A stretch of 64,000 bases of DNA from assembly GCA_973895155.1 (NCBI GenBank), contig OZ316893.1:22913844-22977843 (forward strand), in the 5' to 3' direction. Position numbers and translations under genes: made by a program. Of the stretch, positions 37,601 through 50,013 are shown in pieces (the stretch's first letter is position 1; the number at the start of each line of letters is the position of its first letter). The notes under the pieces are model-generated. The model worked only from the letters and a program-made list of their open reading frames with translations. It searched no databases and was not told where the DNA came from. This stretch comes from Marsupella aquatica (lineage: Eukaryota > Plantae > Marchantiophyta).

Positions 37601-40600
37601 TTTCTTTTTGGAAAACCGCGGTGGGATCCAAAATGGGATACGCCATATCCCAGCTTCGGATTCAAGTTGTTTTTTCTCGTTTTTAAAATCTAAAATCTGG
37701 GTTTTTAGAGGGAATACCAATTCCATATCCAGTACGTTTTTGCCTTAGAATTTTTTTCCGCCGCGGGCAAAACAAGAAGTGTGGTCACACTTCTTGTTTG
37801 GTCCGTCACTATGTTACACGTGATTTGCAGGTGGAATCCTAATTGGGATACGAGGTATCTCATTTTGCATTCAACATTGAGGTTTTGACATTTGCAAACT
37901 AAGATGCTTCATATTTGGAGGTTAGATCCGATATGAGATACCCCGTATCCCACTTCGCATCCAACTTCCTTTTTTAGCTATAGAGAAACAAAAATTGGAC
38001 ATTTGAAGGTTGAATCCCAAATGGGATACGCCGTATCCCATTTCGCATTCAACGTTGAGATTTTGACATTTGGAAACTAAGATGCTTCATATTCGGAGGT
38101 TGGATGCGATATGGGATACCCCGTATCCTACTTCGCATTCAACCTCCTTTTTTGGCTAAAGAGATACAAAAACTTGACATTTGAAGGTTGAATCCCAAAC
38201 GGGATACGCCGTATCCCATTTGGGATTCGTCCTCGCCATTTCCATAAAGATTATCACCTATTAGTCAAATCTGATTTTCAAGGAATACAAATTTGTATAG
38301 ACGGTGTGCATTCGACAAGAGGAAGAGGATGCAGAGCGAGAAAAAATGAGCGGAAATTTTTCAATCAGAGATCTCCTATTTATAGTTTTCTCCCTGACCG
38401 TGGTTAGTTTTTGACTGCAATTGCATCGCAGTCGATTAAATATTACCGTTGATAAGAATTGTTTGGGAATATTCTTACAGGGTAAACTGATATCGGCACT
38501 TTTACTGCGTTAGTTTTTTTTTTTTTTTGAATTCCGCGGTTGGATCCGAAATGGGATACGCCGTATCCCATCTTCGTATTCGTGTCGATTTTTCCCATTT
38601 TTTAAAATCTGAAAACTGTTGTAACTCATACTTGAGTTAAGTCTACCTTTGGGATAACTACCTATGTAACTACCCTAACTACTTAGGCCGTAGCCACATG
38701 TACATATCCTACCAAGAGTAAAGATGGAACCAACTCTTTGTCTCATTTCTCCCACAACACGTTATCAGCACGAGCCTAAGACTGGCTGAATTTTTTTTAG
38801 GCCATGACTAATTCACTCTAAGACCTGAAGAGGCCGAGCCATGACGGAGCTTTGTTAGAGGGGCAGCGAGAGGTATGAACAAATTTGGCGATGTATCGCT
38901 GGAAAAAGCTGAATGAACGAGAGAGAGATGGCGGAATTAAGGATTGTGATGTGATGGATAAAGAATTGCGTCATAGCGTGCACAAAATTTGTGGATGAGA
39001 GAGTCCTATAGTGATGCGAGGTGAGGTCATGTCAATCAAGGAAAAAGGGATTGTTATCTCTGAAGGCGGAAGCGGCTAGCTAGAGAAGTCGAAGAGTTTT
39101 CATCAGATTCTACTAATTCCCTATCTCCACATCGACATTCCTTTCATGTGCATCCATGTGCACAACGTGGGCCTGGCGATGGTGAACTGAACCTTCAAAG
39201 TTTTTCCCGCGTTCCGAGGATTATGAACCGAATGGATTGTTTTCACGAATGCAAGTGAACGCCCTGCTTGATCTGACCTAAAGGAATGACAAAATCATAC
39301 GCACTAGCTGAGATTCAAAGCGCATTCCAATGAATTTCGAAGAAGGAAGAACGACAAAGGCGCTTTGATGAAAGAGAATTTTCCGTTTGAAATTGACCAG
39401 ACGACCCAATCTTGAACAAGGGCCCTCACACAGAGCAAGACTTACCGACCGGGCCACCGACTACCTTGAAGTCCACCTGATTCAGAGACACACAAAACTG
39501 ACTACAGAGAAGAAGGATCGGACCCAAATACAATTCGGCACACAATGATAAGGACAGGGGAGAAGGAGGCCCGAGTCATTCGAGTACGATACCACATCCA
39601 GAACGATACAAATGCCGTATCGATTTCGGCAATAAGGATAACAAGGCAGTGACATCGACGGCATTTAGTATGAAATATCGAGGAGGCCCCAGAGATAAGA
39701 ACCAGAATGTCACATCATAGGTAGAGAAGACGGCACAATTCACGGGACACAAACAGACCACCACAGAGCGAAATAGTGATGCGATGTGGAGGCGTTGAAA
39801 TTCGGAAATGAATATGAAGGAATGCAGCAAGACCACAATAAGCGAGTGAAGCAGAAGATTCAGAGGATTTCCCCTTGTCGAAGGAAGGATTGGGACCAAT
39901 AACAGAAGATAAGAGAGAGCGCAAACCGGAGAATTATACTGTCGACAACCATGACCAGGCTCAGATGGAGTGAAGGACGATAGATAGAGCAGAGGACCAC
40001 AAAGAAAGAAGGCATACTTGACGTTTAGAGAGCACGAAGGGAACGCCTGCAGCTGACGAACAAATCTCGCAACAAAGAACTTCAAAACTTTGAGAAAACC
40101 TTGAGAAAATGCGCTAAGTGAAGAACCCTCCTTAAGTGCACAACCCGTCAAAGAGATTTGTGTTTACAAAGGAAATTGTGCAGTTATCCAGGGAAATACA
40201 CTTCAAACAACCTAAACACTAAACCAACCCCAAATTCCAAATTGTTTTTAGCAAAATACAAACTTAACAAAAAGCACCTTTCTTTACAAAGGAAACATTG
40301 CCATGCAATATTGATTTCAGAGTTATTAAAAGCCAATGCGACAATGTTGATTTGCATTAACATTCACAAGAACATTTCATGCCATGCCAAAACTATTTAA
40401 GGCACCTACACAAACACTTATTGAAAATGTTAATGATGGTTACTTTCACCAATTAATTTCACAAATTCCAGAGGAGATATTTTCCCCAGGTTACCTACTG
40501 CACATAAAAGCCCTGTGCCTACTGCACATGGAAGCAAATGAGTGCCTACTGCACATGGAAGTAAATGACAAATTGAGGGGGAGACCTCAAGGCCAATGAG

Positions 40601-41728
40601 TGCCTACTACACACCCAGCCAGAAATAAAAAATATTTGACAAATTGAGGGGGAGATCTCAAGAAAGACTTGACTCCCAGAAATCGAACCCATGGGATGTG
40701 CCTATTGCACAAGTGCCTTTCGCACCAATGAATACCTAAAAATGGAACTTTATTCCATGCATATAGCAAATCATGAAATCTAAGGAATTTTTATAAATGA
40801 TTGAACATGGTGTTAACACAATCACTTACCAATACTTGATGAGGTATACTGGATATTAAAGTACCATATGATAATATGAGGTACAGTACCAGGTCATAAG
40901 GTACCATAAGGTGAGACATGGCATGGTAAGGCACCATAAGAGATGGTGCGCCATACCCCAATATGATAACCCTATGTTGTGGATATGATACGTGATGTGG
41001 TGCAAATAGGTTATGCCCACACCAAATCTAGGGTTGGACACCCAATCCAATTCCAAGGCCATGGATTACACCATATCATCTTCATTTTGTACTAATACTT
41101 TGCTTTGTCATGGCATGTAATCGGAGAAACAATCAACCAAGGAAGATCTTCAACAAGCCTATAGTGCACATACACTATATGCTTAAACCCAAATATGTTA
41201 CACCCATGGGGATGGTAATACTCTTTCCTCCCACAAAGAAAGTAGGGGAGGTTTTAATGAGGTTACATCCCCCACTTACACTCTACCATGCAACATGAAT
41301 TATAAGACATCTATTAGGAGAAGCTTTACATTCATAGTAGACTTGAGATGGCTACACCATTTATAAAATAGGCTAGACATAAACAAAACCTATTGTATAC
41401 CACTGAATATACCCAAAGTAGACTCTTGATTGTAACATTTCAACCCCAATGTTACAAAGGGGGAGTGTTGTAACTCATACTTGAGTTAAGTCTACCTTTG
41501 GGATAACTACCTATGTAACTACCCTAACTACTTAGGCCGTAGCCACATGTACATATCCTACCAAGAGTAAAGATGGAACCAACTCTTTGTCTCATTTCTC
41601 CCACAACAAAAACTAGTTTTTAGGGGGAATACTAATTCCGTATCCAAGACTTTTTTGCCTTAGAAACTTTTTCCGCCGCGGGCAAAACGAGAAGTGTGGT
41701 CACACTTCTCATTTGGTCCGTCACTGTG
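34669..41728 (-). mobile_element. CACAGTG-ended hairpin-array element, right-arm copy with both TIRs intact
   Basis: CACAGTGACGGACCAAACGAGAAGTATGACCAC at 34669 and GTGGTCACACTTCTCATTTGGTCCGTCACTGTG ending 41728; contains the 3-kb LTR insertion. Confidence 0.8.
38617..41608 (+). mobile_element. Non-autonomous copia-type (Bianca-like) LTR element / large TRIM
   Basis: Identical 143-bp LTRs TGTTG...CAACA (38617-38759, 41466-41608); TSD aaaac; PBS cgttatcagcacga; PPT aaagggggag; absent from the left arm; no intact ORF. Confidence 0.95.
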
Positions 41729-42712
41729 TTTAATATGTTCTTGCTGTAATAGCATTCTAGCACCAGCAAGGCGAGCATGTCTCCGGGTCGATCCAACAGA
41801 AGCTGACATTGCGTTGAGGTGATCCAAAGTAACTGAAAAGATAAGAATCTGGTCAAAAATTCTCTTCTTGGATAGATCAAAGGTCTGCCCGTTTTGTGCA
41901 AGCCAGATACTGTGTCAGCCTGAAGCTCTGATTCTTGAATTTTGTGGAACACTCTACAACAAAATGTATCAACATTCTTACTATGTTCAAAAGGGTGAAA
42001 ATGTATCCGATCAGAAGTCCCAATGCGTAGACTCTAGACATAGGATGCTATAGACATTTTAGCCATAATGGCGAGGTACATCAAATTTACTTCGATCAGA
42101 TGCCTGATCAGATATCCCAATGAGTACACTCTAAGCACAAATACTAGACTGATGATTGTTCTGCTACCGTGTACAATATGTTGACAGGTTTTTTGTTTGT
42201 GCATTTTCCCATGTTTTGTGTTTTTTTTCACCAATTTTGTACTTTTTGTAAAAAAAAATTGAACATGATTTATGACCCAAAATTGCACACCCCAAGTCAT
42301 ATGCAACAAAAAGTTCACACTTTAGAACCAGGTAGCAAAACAAATCTTCCCTGTACTTCTATACAAAAAGTTAGCACTTGAGAAAATATTCTAGACTTGA
42401 GAATTAATTAAAAAACATCCCTCAAGAATTACAATAAAAAAGTTGCACGCAAAAAAAATATGGTGGAAAAACATGTGGCAACATATTGTACCAAGCGTCC
42501 AATATGTTGGTGTGTGTTTTTTTCTACACCACCGTACATGATCGTACACACAAAAAAAATGAAAAAAACACACACCTTAAGACAATGAATAAAAAATACA
42601 CAACTAGAAGAAAATGAAAAAAATACACAAGGAGAGGAAATTGAAAAAAAACATAGAACCAGAGGAAGACCAATGAAAACTATCCAAATGCAATGTCGTA
42701 CATGATCGTACA

Positions 42713-43007
42713 CTTGGGGGTTTCACTTTCACAAAAATGGCATATCACATGCGACGAAGTATAAGATCATTTTATTGGTTCGAAGAGAAGACTTAAGAAT
42801 CTTCTGAGTAGAACAATAGGGCCTTTTAAATCCAATTTTGGGACTTATAAGAACATTAGGGTCCTTATAATCAAATTTTTGAAATATTCTAAGAATATTC
42901 CAACTTTATAAAGGTCAATAAAATTTTTAAAAATTATATTTTAGGGGGTCCAAGGCCTAAAAACGTCACAGATGATGGGGAGGCATCCATATAATGAGAC
43001 CCCCGAG
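42713..43007 (-). mobile_element. ~295-bp MITE, mirror of copy 1
   Basis: Same element and TSD (atcgtaca) as 13931-14225, copied with the arm. Confidence 0.9.
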
Positions 43008-46000
43008 ATCGTACACACACAAAGATGTAAAAAAATCACACACTTGAAAGTAATGAATAAAACACACAACTTGAGAAAAAATTAAAAAACACACACTTGA
43101 GAAAGTACTGGTGAAAACTATCCAAATGATACTATAAAATATAATGTATTTACTAGAATATAATACAATGGTCTTTATAATCATGATTGTACATACCATG
43201 TGAATAACATACCATAGGAATGACCATGGACATGCCCATGGAAATGGTTCATGTAAGATTGTCAGGTGAGACTTTATACTCACGCTTGTACTTTGGATAT
43301 TTCATAATGAAATGATAAAGTTAGAAAAACTCTAAAATATTGCCAAATAAACTAAAATGCCCATGTACTTAAATGTTTGACAAAATGCCTACACTTGTTA
43401 CTCTAATTAGTATCATAATTTTTATAGTTTCCTTGCATAAATAGTATCACACACACTAATAAGGGTGTGACCACTAATATTAGCACAAGTAGAGAGTTCA
43501 GTCTATTGTTCTAGTTTGGTTGTATTTCACTTCATCATAATTTAATAAAATTTGACTTACAATTGACATTTTCTATTTAAATTTTAAATTTTATATGCCC
43601 TTACAAATATATTTTACTACTGGAAAGATTTGTACTTTTCATAAGCTATACACATTAATTATGTGTTCATCACACACTATTCAAGTGGCCTCTAAAATAA
43701 TCTCACTTACTCTAATTTAGAATAACATGTATAATTTAGTCTCACTTCTTATATAGTCTCACACACATTAATTGTGATGACATCTTTCAAAAACCTTTGT
43801 TCCTAAATACTGTGTGTGAGACTAATTACGATAATCAGTGTAGATAACCAAGATAACTTAGATGGCCTGGATGACAATAAATCTCATTGTGTATTAAACA
43901 CTTGGTCTTTCAAAAACATCCATTATTTTTTTAATACTAACATGAGCCTGGTCCATCCTAGCCTAAATTTCTTTTGGACCCATAGAACATTTAGTTTTCA
44001 TAAAATTATTACCAACTATGTGTAGCAATTAGTATGGTTGGGAGTTCATGATCATCAAGCTTTCACCATGATCATTAACAACTTACTATCTATCTACTTC
44101 TATAATATGCAATGCCACCAAAAATTGAAAATTGAAGGGAATCAACCTGAGCCTTCAGATTTTTTGAAGTTTTTGTGTACTCTGACTTGGATTGATTGAC
44201 CAGGAGTGTCAAATGATATACTTCTCTTTAAAGTAGAACATAGAGTACATGAGATGATTCTTATGTGTCATTCTTATGTGACATCATCTAAAATGTGTCT
44301 TTGGATAAATGGTGTCTACTAAGAGGTTTAGTAACAATAACAGATGGTTTGATTTTGAGACTACTATGGTAGTTGAAAATGTTTGGGAGTCAAAGGAGAA
44401 CATTTTGTGAGGCTGATTCATTGTTAGGTGAATATATTGATAGCTGACCTGGTGGGGGGGGGGACGCTAACTTCCAGTATGTTGGAGGAAGCCTAATTAT
44501 TCCTTGGCGGATACTTAGTTTCTCTAAGGGTGATAGGTATGGGCGTTCCACACGACACTATAATATTACTCTATGCGTCTTTTTGTGATTGGGACATAAT
44601 TGACACATTTGGGAGGAATGTAGATTAGGCTATGTTTTTTGCCAACTTCAGGGTTGCACAAGAGGAGGGTTCAAGGCTTAGAGGTGACTATTAGGTATTA
44701 CTCTTAGGTCTAGGGTTACGATATGTAACTATATAGTTGGAGACATGGTTAGGGTAACGAAGTTGCACACTATAATTATATCTTATATTGGATCTGTCAT
44801 AATTTTTTGTCTTACAAATATATGAATTTTTTTGTCAATGATTGTGTTCTAGATCTTGTTCAAAAGAGCACATCAAATTATGTAATTCAAGTCAACACAA
44901 AAACATCAATGGGATAGGGCCCAAATGGGTGATCAGAGTACATGGATAAGAGTCGAACACTTTATCTTTATTGTTGATGATACAAAAAATGGAACAAAAG
45001 TGGGGACAAAAAAGGCAAATGCGGGCAAAGAGTTGGGCTCCCAACTGGGGGAATAATTAGACCAAGACTAATAGAGATGAGGGGGCATGTCAAACAAGGC
45101 AGGTCTTGTGGAGAAAAAGTGTTCGGGGCTTGATTTTATTGGCCTTCATTAAAGGAACATTCTTTGAAAAGGTTATTAGAAAGAATGTTGGAGGGTTAAA
45201 TGGAATAACAAAATTTGGGACCATTTTTCTACAAAAGGTAAAACAAATGAAATGAAGAAAAAATGTTGCAATAGTCGCTTTCACTTTTGTGTTTTTATTT
45301 TATTTTGGAAAACTTTGTTGTTCTTGTTGTGAAAGCTGTATTGTTGAGGAGAGCAAGGACGTGGGAGGGTGAAAAGGAGTGTAAGAGAAGCGATGGTCCC
45401 TTGGGGCTTTGCAGGGTCAAGGTGTGGTTGCACAATCCTATTAGGAGGGAGTGGTGGACCTTGCCACCCAGTGCCCTCACCAATCCCAGCACCTATAACC
45501 TATTTTATTTTATAAAAAATATATATTAGAGAATATTCTATAAACATGAGTTTATAATACCTTCTTTTGCCTCCTACGCTTTCTAAAAATTTAGTTAATT
45601 TCTATCAAAAATACCTATTTTGGATCGCACGTGGTTCCTAAGATTTTTGATAGTCAACCCCCCGAGGGGTGGACCCAATCAGGCCGATGAAGAGTTGACT
45701 CGGTCTGGGGCAGGTAATCTGTCAGAGGACGGACCAACGGCAGTGGCTGCGGAGGAAGCGTTGGGGGCGTCCATTGAGGACCAGCCACCGGTGTCGTGAC
45801 GGTGTAAGGGCGCCGTCCCTTTTAGGGAGGGCGGACGTGGAGGTAGGAGGCGTGAGTGGGCAGGGCAGGCGCTGATCTCCAAGTTTAAACTTAGGATCAA
45901 GACCAGGAGACGGCCCTGACACTTGGATTATGGGATTGTGGATCCACGGGTAAGGGCGACACTTGTGCTCCTGCCTTGCTGTACATAGGTAGATTACAGT

Positions 46001-47676
46001 TAGATAGATTACAGTTAGCTAGATTATAGATAGGTGGATTAGGCTTACGCTGCAAGGAATCAGGCGGATCCACCGCCAGGGTAAGTACCTAGGCTGCGGG
46101 GAGTTCAGAGCCTCTTCTTTAGCAAGTTTTTAGTTGCACCAGCAGGGCTGGGATCAAGTAGTAAGAGAAGCTCTCGGTTAGTTATACAGTGACCCTTGTG
46201 TATATTCATGTTTCCTCATGCCTAAGAGCTGAATAGAGTTGGCCTCACGGCTTAGTTCACAGAGCTTGTGTATGAGATGTACTGTTTGTGGCAAGTGCAT
46301 GGTATATGTGAGATGGTACTTATTTCTTAAAGAGAGAAAAGAAGAAAAGTCTTGAAGTTTTTACTGTTTAAATGTTTATAATCCTACTTTAGAGACATCC
46401 AATGCAACTTTGAGACAATTAAGGAAGCTTAACTAGAAATCATTGTGTTCTAAATTTTAGTCGGAAACAATGAGGCTGGTTCAAAATGACAAAACTGGTT
46501 CAATCTCCCTAATCCATTTGGAAGACTTCCCGATGTTTTCAATCCGAGATATTTTTATGAGAGAATGACATCACACCAAAGATCTGAAGAGTAAAACCAT
46601 AAGTTTAGAATAGACTCATAGTCTAACCAAGAGACCAAAAGAGGTTGAACCGGCCAGAACCCGGTTGAACCGGAAACTGAACCGGCCTGAACATACCACC
46701 CGGTAGTAAATTGACCATAACTCTCAAACCGTTTATCGAAATCAAGATCTGTAAAGTGTGTTGGAAAGCTCTTTCTGAGGCAGTTAAGATATATATATAA
46801 AGAAGTCTGAAAATGGATTCGAAATGACCCACTTAATATTATGAGACTCCAACCGGTGCAACCAAGAGATATCTGAGATTTCCGGACAAAGATTGTAATG
46901 AAGATTTTGAAGCGACACTTCCATATAAGACCTTCAAGATAACTCTAGACCAATAGGAAGTATGATCCATGGCAATGGACCTTAACCAATCAAAATGGTT
47001 AACTAAGTTTGAAAGGATACTATGAAAAGATGTACCCATTCATTTGAAGATGAAGAGATTCCATCATCATTCTGATTACTCTTGCACTCCTACATTTTAC
47101 CTACACGGATGAACCGGATTCTGTAAAAACAGGTTCAACCAGAATTTATATTCAAAAGGAGGTTGAACCGGAAATTTGATTTCCGCCTTTGTTCCGACCA
47201 TTTTCCATGTTTTGTAGGAAAGGAAGGAAGTGATATGACCTCCTCTTTCACACAGTATAGTTATTTTTATCTAGTTAACCTTATTAGTTTTTACATAATG
47301 AAAAGGCATGTCTTTTCATCTAGTTTTTCAAGCGGATCTCTCTTATATATAAGGGAGAGATTCTTCCTTGAACCTCAGACTTAATATGACTTTCATGAAA
47401 TTAGCTTTCAACTTTAAGTCTCCTTCTCTTTGAAGTAATAGACAGTGGACTGGAGTCAGCCGATGAGGTACGATGGCTAGAATGCCTCGCCGACCAAACC
47501 GAAGAAAGTGTCTTTGGACCAGAGGTATCCCCCAGCGGACTATGGCAAGAACCTATGGAGAGTGACTTGGAGGAGTGTGAAGATGAAACCGAGGACTGCT
47601 TTGCCATAGAGTCCACCTTTTTAGCTTCAATTCCGGAGGAAGCACAAGAAGTAAGCCAGTTGGATGAAACGGCTAA

Positions 47677-50013
47677 GTGGGGAGCTATACCCGAGATGGT
47701 GGATTTTCCTCAGGCGTTGTGGTAGAGCCGGCAGGATCCACAACGCCATCTATCATCGGCAAGGAGTTAAATACCAAGAGATCGGCATACAAGCCAATTA
47801 CGAGGGCAGAACAAATTGAGGCCCTATTAGAAGCCGGAAGAGCACAGCGGCCTGACCCTCAGGAGGAAGAGGCGGATGAGATGCACAGACACAATCCACG
47901 GCCGAGGCAGGAATGGAAGCCGACTACCAATTCAAAACCGAATAGACCGGCAAGGGGACAGTCTGTGGACACCAAGGGAGAAACCGACTCGGCTAGTACA
48001 GCCAAGATTCCAGTTTATGGAGGTATGAGACTGGAAAGGCTGGAAGCCGAGCTGGACCCGAATTTGAAGAAGCAGATTAATATGATCCAAGCACGGCAAT
48101 ACCGAAAGCTCGACTTAGGAGAAGGAAGGGAACTGAACTTAGGGAGGGACCTAGCACCTGAGCTTGAGAAAGAGATCAGTGACTTACTGAGTGAATTTCA
48201 GGATGTGTTCGCATGGAGTCACCAAGATCTAAAGGGAGTAGACCCAACCTTAGGGGAACATCGAATTGATCTCATGTTAGGAGCCAAATCATTTCGACAA
48301 CCAATTCGAAGGATGAATCCTAAGTATTCCCTGATGGTCAAAACGGAAATCGACAAACTAGTGGAAGCCGGATTCATCACTCCAGTCCTGCATTCAGACT
48401 GGGTGTCTCCAATTGTGATAGTTCCCAAGAAAGCTGGACCCGATGGTAAACCCAAGATCCGGGTTTGTCAGGATTACAGGAAGCTGAATGAAGCGACGTT
48501 AAAAGACCATTTTCCTTTACCCTTTACTGATATGGTACTAGACATGGTAGCCAGTCATGAACTATATTCATTCATGGATGGGTACTCTGGTTATAACCAA
48601 ATCAGGATTAGGCAGGAGGACCAAATCAAGACGGCCTTCATCACGGAATGGGGGATCTATGTCTTCAATCGTATGCCGTTTGGACTCTGTAACGCACCAG
48701 CTATGTTTCAACGATTGATGGTGAACATTTTCCATGATTACTTGAGAAAGTTCATGGAAATCTTCATTGATGACTTTGCAGTATTCGGGAAGGCATCGAA
48801 ATATGCTAAATATCTAAGGAAGACCTTCATGAGATGCAGAGAGGTCGGTCTCAAGTTACACCCAGATAAATGTTTCTTTGGGGTAACAGAAGGTGTGCTA
48901 CTAGGTCACAAGGTATCAAAGAAGGGCATTGAGATTGACAAAGGTAAGCTAGCAGTATGGCTTGACATCATGCAACCTAAGAACATAAAGAATGTGAGAT
49001 CCTTCTTGGGCTGCATTGGGTATTATCGCCGGTTTATTAAAGATTTTGCCAAGCTAGCTTTACCATTAACCAACATGCTCAAGGCAGGCGTAGACTTTGA
49101 ACCCACACCAGAAAGAGTAACAGCTGTGGTGGAATTAAAGAAAAAGTTAGTAGAAGCCCCAGTTATGATAGCACCAGACTGGAACAAGGAATTTCATGTC
49201 TTTGTAGATGTCTCAGGCTTCTGTATCGGCTTAGTACTAAGTCAGTTGGATGAGAAAGGGAGGGACCATCCCATATACTTTGCAAGCCGTCAGCTTGCCA
49301 ATGCCGAACGGAACTACTCCACCATAGAAAGAGAAGCATTAGGAGTCATTTATTCATGTAAAAAGTTTAGGCATTATTTGCTAGGGTACAAGGTAATCTT
49401 TCATACCGATCATGAAAGTTTGAAGTACCTAGTAAATAAGCCGGACCTTACAGGCAGGGTAGCAAGATGGATTTTGCTATTACAGGAGTTTGACTACAAG
49501 CTAAAGATCAAACCGGGGAAGCTACATGCCAATGCCGACTTCTTTTCAAGGATCATAGGTGAACCAGCCACGGATTGCATCGATGATCAATTTCCCGACG
49601 AGGAGCTATTCGTTGTGGAAATAGCTGATACATGGTACCCGAAGATTTTGCAATTTCTCAGCACGTCCAGATTACAGCTAGGGCTAACCCGAGAACAAGC
49701 CGCAGTCTTTCTGCGGAAGGTCAGACAGTATCAGTACATTACGGGTGTGCTACACAGGTATGGAATCAGCGGCACTATCCAAAGGTGTTTAGAAAAGGGA
49801 GAGGTAAAATGAGTCCTACGGGCTATGCATGGAGAAGAGGCCGAAGGACATTTTGCTCCAGTAACCACGTCTAAAAAGATATTAAATGCCGGTTACTGGT
49901 GGCCCACCTTGCACAAGGATGTCTATCAGTTTATCAAAAAGTGTGATCCTTGTCAGCAAGCAGGAGGACCAAGGGCGTCTACAAGACATCCACTGCACCC
50001 TATTCTACCTCTG
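47677..50013 (+). mobile_element. Ty3/gypsy pol fragment (RT-RNase H-start of integrase)
   Basis: WVSPIVIVPKK, RVCQDYRKLN, MDGYSGYNQI, MPFGLCNAP, FIDD, FHVFVDVSG, IYFASR, HTDH; integrase H..GH..CDPCQ; cut off at ~50013. Confidence 0.93.

Larger units (their letters stand above)
34677..45493 (-). repeat. Right arm of the 7.8-kb inverted duplication
   Basis: Mirror of 11446-19289; ends caatcccagcacc, the reverse complement of ggtgctgggattg at 11446. Confidence 0.97.

Noticed and set aside
39576-40151. 191-aa ORF inside the TRIM-like element
   Set aside because: Antisense to a purine-rich decayed interior; no recognisable domain.
11446-45493. Giant transposon or viral element with 7.8-kb TIRs carrying methyltransferase cargo
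   Set aside because: No TSD or terminal motif at the outer ends, and the breakpoints rejoin to restore an ORF stop, which fits an inversion better.
11446-45493. Fold-back assembly artefact
   Set aside because: The arms differ by substitutions, a ~25-bp indel (~17750) and a TSD-flanked LTR insertion, and the spacer is unique sequence; read support is still worth checking.
45720-45920. Possible LTR (TGTCAG...CTGACA after a G-rich tract)
   Set aside because: No second copy, TSD or clear PBS found in the window, so it could not be supported.
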